From the NCBI GenBank assembly GCA_019358935.1, contig JAHHIK010000113.1, forward strand, positions 1 through 26,660: a DNA stretch of 26,660 nt. Direction: 5' to 3'. Source of the DNA: Tolypothrix carrinoi HA7290-LM1 (GTDB lineage: Bacteria > Cyanobacteriota > Cyanobacteriia > Cyanobacteriales > Nostocaceae). Under the pieces are notes generated by a model, which saw nothing but the letters and a program-made list of their open reading frames with translations, had not been told where the DNA came from and ran no database searches. Shown in pieces: positions 1-7,848 of the stretch (position 1 is its first letter; each line of letters begins with the position of its first letter). Position numbers and translations under genes: made by a program.

Positions 1-123
1 CTAGCCAACCTCGAAACCGAGGAAGCGTAAGCACTAGGAAAGAACGCTTTCACTTACACCGTGGAGTGAGGTATGGACAAATTATCTAGCTAGTGGTAGT
101 TCTGTCCACACATTTAGAAGCGG
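1..123 (+). mobile_element. Right end of an IS607-like (tnpB-carrying) insertion sequence that truncates chrA
   Basis: chrA homology stops at VVN. The foreign sequence ends ...CATTTAGAAGCGG, sharing a GG (122-123) with the target and with no duplication visible on this side. Subterminal hairpin TGGACA(74-79)...TGTCCA(103-108) with inner G:T-containing pairing. Family assignment is by resemblance to cyanobacterial IS607 ends; the body lies outside the window. Confidence 0.55.
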
Positions 124-1091
124 TTAACCACCCATACCAGCACAAAAGCAGGTAAGAAAATGCCGATTGTACCAGCAATCGCCCCGGCATTTCCTGCTAG
201 CAAATACCCAATAAATGTTGCAGTGGTAAAAACAGGACCCGGTGTAAGCTGCCCGATTGCCACGGCATCTAGAAGTTGCTGTGATGTCAGCCACTGGTTG
301 CGCTCGACCAAATCCCGTTGCAGGAATGCCAGCAACACATAGCCACTGCCATAGAGAAGACACCCAATTTTGAGAAAAAAGACAAAGACGCTAATCCAAC
401 TGACTGATGTAACTGCTGCTGTTGTAGTACCAACCTGCGCCAGAATACCTGAAAAAGGTAACAGCAATGCTCCGCTTGTGTGTCCTCTGGCTTGCCAATT
501 CTTGAGTAGCATGACAGCGATACCTAGCAAAATCAGCACCAAAATTTCATTCAATCCAGCTAAGTACGCTGCGATCGCTGCCACAAGAGCAATGATTGTC
601 GGCGAGTCTTTGGCTGCCTTTTTACCTAAATTCCACACAGCCTGAAGCACGATTGCAATAATTACAGGTTTAATTCCATAAAGCAGCCATTCCACCTGAG
701 GAACAGTTTGATAGCGAGCATAAATGGCGGCTAATGCCCAAACGATGAGCATGGCAGGCAGAATAAAGCAGCTTCCCGCAACCAGTAAACCACGCCATCC
801 GGCTCGTTCGTAGCCAATGTGAATGGCTAATTCCGTCGAGTTTGGACCTGGAATCAAATTCGTGATCCCCACCAAATCTAGCAGTTTCTCCCGGCTCATC
901 CACTGACGGCGATTAACCACTTCCGAATCCATCATTGCTATGTGGGCAGCAGGGCCACCAAAGGCGATCGTCCCCAGTCGTAAAAACACCGTAGCCAATT
1001 CGGTTAATCGCTGCTTTTGTTGTCTGCGAGTTAGAGCGCTATAGGGAACTGCTTCCTGCTCTTTCTGAATATCAGATGCTTCCTGCGCCAC
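114..1091 (-). pseudogene. chrA: Chromate efflux transporter ChrA (long-chain CHR), C-terminally truncated
   Basis: CHR motifs FGGPAAHIAMM, PGPNSTELA, YGSGYVLLAF and TPGPVFTTATFIGY. It ends abruptly at VVNRF* (325 aa), lacking the last helices of the second CHR domain. Confidence 0.85.
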
Positions 1092-1129
1092 TATAGTTTT
1101 CCTGATTAATGATGATGACAGAATTAATA

Positions 1130-1144
1130 TATCGAATTTCGATA
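1130..1144. promoter_or_regulatory. Palindromic operator candidate in the chrA / DUF442 divergent promoter
   Basis: TATCGAA-T-TTCGATA (7-1-7 inverted repeat) about 40 bp upstream of the chrA start. Binding by the adjacent PadR is inference. Confidence 0.4.
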
Positions 1145-1232
1145 ACTAAAATCTATATAATTAGAAATTAATTTGTGATACTATGTCTTTAATTAAAAAA
1201 TACGGTAATTAAATCGAGATTTCGGGGTATAT

Positions 1233-1649
1233 ATGAGTGATGTCTTGAAGGTGAGCGATGAGTTTTCGGCTGGTGGACAGCCAACCCCAGAGACACTAAA
1301 ACAGCTTGCTGATGAAGGGTATAAGTCTGTAGTTAATCTGCGCTCGCTTGATGAAGTTGGAGTGTTAGTTCTGGAGCAGCAACAGGTTCAAGCACTAGGT
1401 CTTCAATATGTCAATGTTCCACTCAAGTCAACGGATAACTTGACTGCAAAAGTTGTCTCCGAACTAGAGAAATTGCCGACTCCTGTATATTTTCATTGTG
1501 GTGCAGGCGGACGAGCCAGCGCAGGAGCGCTTATTACCTTTGCTATTCAACAAAAGCTGAACCGTGAAGAGGTTTTGGCAAAAGCTCAGGAACTTGGTAT
1601 CAACCCAGACCAACCTCATCTCAAGCAGTTTTTAGAAAACCTCTCGTGA
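1233..1649 (+). CDS. DUF442 / beta-lactamase-hydrolase-like (PTP-fold) protein, possible sulfurtransferase/phosphatase
   Basis: GGQPT...LADEGYKSVVNLR and the active-site-like loop PVYFHCGAGGRA. Confidence 0.8.
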   Translation: MSDVLKVSDEFSAGGQPTPETLKQLADEGYKSVVNLRSLDEVGVLVLEQQQVQALGLQYVNVPLKSTDNLTAKVVSELEKLPTPVYFHCGAGGRASAGALITFAIQQKLNREEVLAKAQELGINPDQPHLKQFLENLS

Positions 1650-1662
1650 GAGGGATGAATTA

Positions 1663-1983
1663 CTACTCCTCGAACAATTCGCCAAATAATTCCCGTACCT
1701 TTTCTTTAGCATCCTCTAAGGTCATTTTTCCTAAATCGGTAGCTCGGTAGAGTCGTCGGCTCTGCCGCCCCGCTCTCTCCTCAACTGAATATAAATATCC
1801 CTTACGCTCCATATCGTGCAGCATCGGGTAGAGTGTTCCCGCACTGAGTTTATAGCCATGACGTGCCAGCTCTTCAATAATGCCTAGCCCAAAAATTGGC
1901 TTTTGAACTGCATGATGCAGAATGTGAAGCCGAATCAAGCTGGAGTAAAACTCTCTTCCATCCATCAGGCAAGACTTTTGCAA
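1663..1983 (-). CDS. PadR family transcriptional regulator
   Basis: IRLHILHH...FGLGIIEEL...LSAGTLYPMLHDME...RRLYRATDLG. The true start may be the ATG at 1965. Confidence 0.9.
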   Translation of the reverse strand: MQKSCLMDGREFYSSLIRLHILHHAVQKPIFGLGIIEELARHGYKLSAGTLYPMLHDMERKGYLYSVEERAGRQSRRLYRATDLGKMTLEDAKEKVRELFGELFEE

Positions 1984-2142
1984 AGCTTAAAATTTCATTT
2001 TCGCCTATTAAAGACTAAACAGGGCTAAAGCTAGAGAAATTGTCAGCTTATCCAAGTTTTTTAAGTAGGGCTAACAATTATAATCTATAGTAAGCGTGTG
2101 CAAACAGCAAACTAACTTAAAACTTTGATTACAATAACCAGT

Positions 2143-2769
2143 ATGACTGAAACCACAGTTCGCAAACAGTATGACCAATTAGCTGCGGTTTACGATCTAC
2201 GTTGGAGAAGTTATATAGCTAACACACTATCTTTCCTTCAAGTCTGGGCAGAGATATCACCAATAGATACTGTACTTGATGTTGCCTGTGGTACTGGTGA
2301 GTTTGAACGTTTATTGCTGGCTGAGTATTCATCGCAACAGATTGTTGGGGTAGACATTTCAGAGAAGATGCTGGCGATCGCTAAACTTAAATGTAGCGCT
2401 TATCCTCAAGTATCATTTCAGACAGCAAGTGCGTCAACGTTACCATTTGACAGTGACAGTTTCGATGTAATTGTGTCTGCCAATGCGTTTCATTACTTTG
2501 ATAACCCACTTCCTGCATTAAAGGAGATGAGACGTGTCCTTAAGCCTGATGGTAAAGTCATTATCCTGGATTGGTGCAGAGATTATTTACTTTGTAAAAT
2601 ATGTGACGTTATATTGAAGATTTTCGATCCGGCTCATAAGCAGTGTTACACCCTTCAGGAATTTCACCGCTTGCTTGAAGATGCAAATTTTGCGGTTTGT
2701 CGTGCGACCAGAATTCGTTTTGGTGTCGTTTGGGGATTGATGGTAGCGTCAGCCAACCTCAAAGCTTGA
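2143..2769 (+). CDS. Class I SAM-dependent methyltransferase
   Basis: VLDVACGTG, VGVDISEKML, LPFDSDSFDVI, EMRRVLKPDG. ATG at 2143 (upstream TTG at 2125). Confidence 0.9.
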   Translation: MTETTVRKQYDQLAAVYDLRWRSYIANTLSFLQVWAEISPIDTVLDVACGTGEFERLLLAEYSSQQIVGVDISEKMLAIAKLKCSAYPQVSFQTASASTLPFDSDSFDVIVSANAFHYFDNPLPALKEMRRVLKPDGKVIILDWCRDYLLCKICDVILKIFDPAHKQCYTLQEFHRLLEDANFAVCRATRIRFGVVWGLMVASANLKA

Positions 2770-2874
2770 GGTAATTTACAGTACCTGCGCCAATTATAGA
2801 TAAGTCGTAATCAAAACTCATAATTATTTAGCCTGTTTGTAATAACACGAGAGTTCCATATATATAAATGTTTT

Positions 2875-2959
2875 CATAGAGAAATGAAATCAGGATGAAA
2901 TATTTTTAATGTTAATTTTTAAAAAAGTTACGCATACAGAAATGAAATCAGGATTAAAT
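2875..2959. promoter_or_regulatory. 27-bp direct repeat pair containing CopR-type boxes (TTTCAT-N5-TTTCAT on the minus strand)
   Basis: CATAGAGAAATGAAATCAGGATGAAAT (2875-2901) and CATACAGAAATGAAATCAGGATTAAAT (2933-2959), 2 mismatches, upstream of the copper-storage gene. Confidence 0.6.
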
Positions 2960-3093
2960 TCTTATACATCATTAGGAAGAAATACTATCTATATAATTAG
3001 GTACACCCAACTACATTTGCAATCATTTAAGGTATAGCCAAGGTAGTGGAAATGCTGCTTTATAGCTGAACTTACTGTTTTAGGAGTTTAATA

Positions 3094-3448
3094 ATGACTA
3101 CAACTAAAAGTCATCAATCCCACCTTGAAACTTGCATTCAGAATTGTCTTGATTGTTTGCGTGATTGCGTGCAGGTGTACCGATGCCTGCTTGAGTAGCG
3201 ACATGGTACAGATGATGGCTCAATGTATTAAACTGTGCCGAGACTGCGCTGATATTTGTTCTCTTTGCGCTCGCTTCATGTCTCGCAACTCAGCACTCCA
3301 TGCTCAAATGTGTGGTATATGTGCAGAAGCTTGCGATCGCTGTGCTGCTGAGTGTGAGAAACACGACAGCGACCACTGCAAACGCTGTGCCCAATCTTGT
3401 CGCCGCTGCGCTGAATCTTGTCGGCAGATGGCCACAGTAATGGCATAG
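3094..3448 (+). pseudogene. Four-helix-bundle Cys-rich copper-storage protein (Csp3/DUF326-like), +1 frameshift
   Basis: RBS AGGAG, then ATG 3094 reads MTTTKSHQSHLETCIQNCLDCLRDCVQ. Removing one G at 3174-3175 joins CTDACLSSDMVQMMAQCIKLCRDCADICSLC...CAEACDRCAAECEKH...CKRCAQSCRRCAESC. Uncorrected, the frame stops at 3196-3198. Confidence 0.85.
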
Positions 3449-3953
3449 GCTTGTAAGAGCGCGAAGTATTCACTAACTACAAATACTAACTAAAGTACAG
3501 AAAGTTCCTTCTTACTGAACAAGGCTGTTTCATTCCTTAAAAGACTTAAAATTATAAGTGTCTAGGGAGTGAAAGTAATGAGTGCAAATCTAATTGAATA
3601 ACTGTGGCTTTCGTACATTCATTTGGACAAAGACATCCACTATGGTCGGTTTTGATCTTCATAATCATGGGAACTACTCGTTTTGTATGTTGGGTATCGT
3701 GCTTGGGTCAAAGTTCGTCGGGGAAAGCTTCCCCCGACAGCCTCTATACAACGTCATCGTTGTGTAAGGAATTGAAACATTATATAAAACAACCTTCTTT
3801 GATTAAAGCGATCGCGCTTGTTTTTACTGGTGGCCAAAAACAAGAGCTTTATTATTCCGGCTGCGCCGGAATTGATATTAATCATGAGGCGATACTCGTT
3901 CCGAGTCGCTACGCGATTGCTCTCGCCAGATGCTGAGTGCAAAAGAAAAACCC

Positions 3954-5336
3954 TTAATGACTGTGGCGACGATCAATATCATGATAATGAGCATGACTGT
4001 GGGAAACAATCATCGGATGTTCATGAACGTGAGTATGAGGTTCGCTTAAAGATATTGCCTCATCATGAATATGTTGATGATATTCATCGTGAACGTGCTT
4101 ATGTTCGTGCAAAACCGGATAGTGTAGGTGTTCGTGGAGATGGGGTGCAAGAGTGATTTGCACTACTACCAACAAAGCCAAACCGATCAAACCACCGTAG
4201 AAAAATTCAACTTCCGTAAACTGACTTCCCAACCAACCCGCCAAAGGGTAAGATATCACCCACCACAAATGACTCCAAGCAAAATGAGCGCCGTAAACTC
4301 GCCCTTGGGCAACAGTAGGAATGCGGTCTGCAATTAAAGTTTGTGTAGGTAAGTTGACACAATTTTGTCCCATTCCTGCCAGCAGCCACAAAATCATTAA
4401 AAACGGTAGATTTGCGTAATTTACAGGTAACAAAGCAATACTGATAAGTCCCGCGCCAAACAACACAACTGTTGTTCGAGCAAAGCGTTGACCAACAGCA
4501 CCAACAGCCACAGCACTAATTGTTGCCCCTATCCCAAAGGCAGCCATTACCCAACCGTACTGCACATTTCCTAGTTTGAGCGTACCTTGAACGTAGCCAA
4601 CTGTATTAACTAAAATTTGTGCCCCAGCAATGGATGCAACTAACTGCATAAACAGCCCATAGCAAATGTAAACATCATTAAATAAGCTAGTCGTACCATT
4701 TTTGATATCGCGCCAAGTTCGACCGAGCGTACTTGATGATTGGCTTGACTCCACTCTTAATTGACCGGGCAGTGTTAAAATTAATATTCCTGCAATCAAA
4801 AAACTCAGCGCATCCAGAAAGAAAACTTGTCTTGCTCCAATCAGTGCTGCAACACTTCCAGCGATACCGGGACCAAGGACACCAAGTAACTGATAGGTAG
4901 CGCTAGAAAGTGCGATCGCTTGCGGATAATCATTCTGTCCCGTCACCAAGGGAATAGTGGCTTGGTAAGTTGGTGTAAAGAAGGCATTAAAAACATTTAA
5001 GGCAAATACCAGTATATATATCTGCCATACCTGCGTTACAAAGGGCAACAATCCCACAATTACCATACGAATAGCATGGGTTACTACCATGATTTTCTTA
5101 CGGTCAAAACGGTCAGCAATTGCCCCTGCAAGGGGTGCAAGCAATACAAATGCCGTCACGCGCAGGGTAAAAGCAAAAGAAAGCACAACTGCGGATTGTT
5201 TTCCAGCCAATTCAAACGCGACCAAAGCCAGACCAACCCAAGTTAGTGCATCACCCAAAAGGCTTGTTGCTTGAGCCGCGTAAAGTCTAGCAAATACCGG
5301 GTTTCTTAAACTGCGAAATAAGGTAAAGGTATTCAT
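3954..5336 (-). CDS. nrsD: MFS nickel efflux permease, NreB/NrsD family, with His-rich C-terminal tail
   Basis: FARLYAAQATSLLGDALTWVGL, GAIADRFDRKKIM, QGRVYGAHFAWSHLWW, and about 21 His in the last ~62 aa. Likely start ATG 5336. Confidence 0.85.
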   Translation of the reverse strand: MNTFTLFRSLRNPVFARLYAAQATSLLGDALTWVGLALVAFELAGKQSAVVLSFAFTLRVTAFVLLAPLAGAIADRFDRKKIMVVTHAIRMVIVGLLPFVTQVWQIYILVFALNVFNAFFTPTYQATIPLVTGQNDYPQAIALSSATYQLLGVLGPGIAGSVAALIGARQVFFLDALSFLIAGILILTLPGQLRVESSQSSSTLGRTWRDIKNGTTSLFNDVYICYGLFMQLVASIAGAQILVNTVGYVQGTLKLGNVQYGWVMAAFGIGATISAVAVGAVGQRFARTTVVLFGAGLISIALLPVNYANLPFLMILWLLAGMGQNCVNLPTQTLIADRIPTVAQGRVYGAHFAWSHLWWVISYPLAGWLGSQFTEVEFFYGGLIGLALLVVVQITLAPHLHEHLHYPVLHEHKHVHDEYHQHIHDEAISLSEPHTHVHEHPMIVSHSHAHYHDIDRRHSH

Positions 5337-5340
5337 TCCA

Positions 5341-5404
5341 AGGGGGATAATTCTAAAAATTTTGATATATAGTAGTTTAACAAATATGGGGGGAGGGGGG
5401 ATAT
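5341..5404. promoter_or_regulatory. CsoR/RcnR (InrS)-type G-tract operator candidate upstream of nrsD
   Basis: ATAT-GGGGGG-A-GGGGGG-ATAT at 5384-5404, and a second AGGGGGATA at 5341-5349 next to the start codon. Confidence 0.55.
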
Positions 5405-5525
5405 ATTTTGACATTAATTTGATATTAAAGAATCAGGATGTCAGTTCACATTTGAGGTAGCGTCACAAAAAAACTGTAATTTCGCGCTCAAATTCCTCCG
5501 AAACCGAAAATTCCGGTTTTTTAAG

Positions 5526-6597
5526 TGCAGCCTGGATTTCTGCCACATTCTGATTACCAGAGAAATGAAAAGTTGCAGCAGAAACAATTAAAATTGCAGA
5601 ATTAATAAACAACGCCAAAGTTGAAGAAAGGCAGAGGGCAGGAGGCAGCTATGCTGAAGGAGCAGTCGGATGGGGATTCAAACCCCAACCGATTGAATCC
5701 ACCGTGTAGACGGTGGGGTTTTATACCCAGTTGGCTCCAGCCAGAAGGCTGAATCAAAGACATAATTTATACCTTCTGCCCTCTGCCCTCTGCCTTCTGC
5801 CTTCCGCCGAAGGCGGATAAAGCGACAGTCGAATCAATCGTGCAAAATTTAATTGCTTCCCAACGTTTTTCATTACTTGGTTCCCAATCGCGGGTTTGGA
5901 CAATTGATGAGTGTAAATATAAATTATGCGGCATCACCGTTGCACCTAAGATACCAATAGCGATGTAGAGCATTTCTGGATTTTGTAAAATTTCTGGCTT
6001 GGGTATATATCCCTGTAAAATTCCTCCTAAATCTGGTTTAGAAAAAAGAATTTCTGCTCCAAAAGAAATACCTACAGTTGCTACTAGCAGAATCACCAAA
6101 CCTTCCACATAACGAAAGCCTTTGCCTTGTAACAGTAGCAATATCAGCACATCGGTTGCTGTGATGCACACACCCCAAATTAGGGGAATATTGAAGAGAA
6201 GTTGCAGCGCGATCGCACTCCCCAATAACTCCGCTAAGTCACATGCAGCGATCGCTATCTCACACAACACCCATAAACAAAAGTTAACTTTGGGGCTAAA
6301 ATATTCACGACTTGCCTGTGCTAAATCTCTCCCCGTTGCCACCCCCAACCGCACACACAGCGATTGCAGCAGTATCGCCATCAAATTTGACAGCAGAATC
6401 ACCGTCAACAGGCTGTAGCCGAATTTAGCACCGCCAGCAATATCAGTCGCCCAGTTTCCAGGGTCCATATATCCCACTGATACCAGATATCCCGGTCCCG
6501 CATAAGCCAACATCTTTCGCCAAAAGCCTTTGCCACTAGGAACTCTAATACTGCGGTGAACCTAGCTTAAGCGAGGTCGGTTTTCAGGAGGAGTCAT
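5526..6597 (-). pseudogene. mntH: Nramp Mn2+ transporter MntH: nonsense codon, internal insertion and 3' truncation
   Basis: MTPPENRPRLS*VHRSIRVP (TAG at 6564-6562), then GPGYLVSVGYMDPGNW and GATVMPHNLYLHS. Removing 5621-5816 restores STVALSLALFINSAILIVSAATFHFSGNQNVAEIQ, after which homology is lost near 5526. Confidence 0.9.
5621..5816 (-). mobile_element. 196-bp non-autonomous palindromic element (IS200/IS605-like ends, GCAGAAG-type heptamer arms) inserted in mntH
   Basis: Precise excision restores the codons TTA TCT TTG GCG with no target duplication. On the minus strand it is inserted after TTTAT and ends TTCAA. Internal hairpins at 5672-5686 and 5699-5716. Confidence 0.8.
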
Positions 6598-6641
6598 TGG
6601 TTTTACTCAAAATTATTTTCATTTTATTTTCAGAATTTATA

Positions 6642-6660
6642 TTCTCATAGTTTTCTCATA
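6642..6660 (-). promoter_or_regulatory. ManR-type direct-repeat box upstream of mntH
   Basis: Minus strand TATGAGAA-AAC-TATGAGAA, 45 bp upstream of the mntH ATG. Matches the cyanobacterial ManR direct-repeat pattern. Confidence 0.75.
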
Positions 6661-6707
6661 ATTACTGGAACTTGCCATAATATCAAATCCGTTAGCCTTG
6701 GAATGAT

Positions 6708-6900
6708 GTGAAGAAGGCAGAAGGCAGCGTTAGCTGAAGGCAGAAGGGTGCAATATGGTAGCGGTCGCACACCACACCAATTGCAAGCCACCAAATCTCT
6801 GATTTGGTGGGGGACTTAAACCCTTGCTCACGCGCGGTCAAAAGAAGTTCGCTCTTGATAAAACCTTCTGCCTTCTGCCCTCGAACTTCTGCCTTTCTTG
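6708..6900 (-). mobile_element. 193-bp relative of the 5621-5816 element
   Basis: Inverted AGAAGGC/GCCTTCT heptamer arms and a perfect hairpin CCACCAAATC-TCT-GATTTGGTGG (6788-6810) followed by GGGACTTAAACCC. Minus strand reads TTTAA|CAAGAAAGGCAG...CTTCTTCAC. Boundaries are inferred by analogy with the first copy. Confidence 0.65.
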
Positions 6901-7032
6901 TTAAACTTTTCGATCAATAACTTTGCGATACTCTGCGTTCACCTACCATATAGGGAAGGCGAAACGGACAATGCGTTCGTCTGCATTCATCAAAATTTCA
7001 TTTAAGTACAAGCGAATTCGACATAACTGCAA

Positions 7033-7360
7033 TCACCTTGGCACATACATCATTACCAGAACACCCAAAAATACAATTCCTGCGCCAAGTAAATCCAACT
7101 TATCAGGGGCAAATCCATCTACTCTCCAACCCCAGAGAATTGAGAGGATAACAAAAATACCTCCGTAAGCTGCATAAGCCCGACCAAAGTTAGCAGGTTG
7201 TTTTGTTGCCACAAAGCCGTAAACTGTAAGTAGTAATGAGCCTTAACTTTAGCTAACCAAGGGCTTTTTCCTTCGCGCAACCACAACCAGACCAAGTAGC
7301 CTCCGCCAATTTCACAGAATCCGGCGATGACGAAGTAAAAAGCGAAGTAATTAATTGCAT
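7033..7360 (-). pseudogene. ynfA: YnfA/UPF0060 small multidrug-type membrane protein with two frameshifts
   Basis: Segments MQLITSL / [27 protein letters not shown] / [57 protein letters not shown]...MYVPR* lie in three frames. 328 bp, 2 short of 110 codons. Confidence 0.85.
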
Positions 7361-7502
7361 AAAGGCATTGACAAATGTGAAGCTATCGTAAACACAATAG
7401 TAGAATTGTGTAAAATGCGTTAATCTTTGGATACTAATTATTTCTGGTGTGTGTTAGCCATCAGAGATAGCACTGATAAAACATCGTCTTGAGAGGTCAA
7501 AA

Positions 7503-7697
7503 ATGACAGCTTATTCTCCCCGTACTTCAGTTTGGAAAAAGACAGTAAGCATTACTCTGTCAAAGCCCATGCAGATATCGCTATTTCTAATGCTGAGTTC
7601 TTTAACTATTTGGACAGTTTTATTTTCTACCTATCCTGGAGTTCACGACAAAGCTCACGCGGTGCGTCACAGTACCGCGTTGGTTGCCTGTCACTAA
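7503..7697 (+). CDS. cbtB: CbtB-like small cobalt transporter subunit
   Basis: GAGAGG RBS, a single TM segment, then the His-rich tail VHDKAHAVRHS...ACH typical of CbtB. Confidence 0.75.
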   Translation: MTAYSPRTSVWKKTVSITLSKPMQISLFLMLSSLTIWTVLFSTYPGVHDKAHAVRHSTALVACH

Positions 7698-7848
7698 TTT
7701 TTTCAGCACAAATTTATTTTGGATTAAGTGTATTAAATTTAGCAGTGTGGGTTATGTACAGTTGTAACTCATCATTAATTTTATGAAGCTAAAAAATACA
7801 CCTCCATTCATCATCAAAGCCCAAAAAGCACGGGAAGCAAAAATTTAT

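Noticed and set aside
3125..3175. Hydrophobic signal-like N-terminus MKLAFRIVLIVCVIAC on the Cys-rich protein
   Set aside because: Artefact of a frameshift. The real N-terminus with RBS starts at 3094 in another frame.
3578..3942. ORFs 3604-3936 and 3754-3942
   Set aside because: No recognisable family. Possibly a decayed small membrane gene from ATG 3578, but unsupported.
3818..4156. His/Asp-rich + strand ORF
   Set aside because: Antisense shadow of the His-rich nrsD tail.
5621..6900. CRISPR array or simple tandem repeat from GCAGAAG units
   Set aside because: The units are 7-mers arranged as inverted arms without spacers. No cas genes or 23-47 bp regularly spaced repeats were seen anywhere in the window.
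6923..7168. 81-aa + strand ORF
   Set aside because: Largely antisense to the ynfA pseudogene.
7360..7502. Cobalamin riboswitch upstream of cbtB
   Set aside because: No GGGAA...CCC/GCCACTG B12-box elements on either strand, and too little space.
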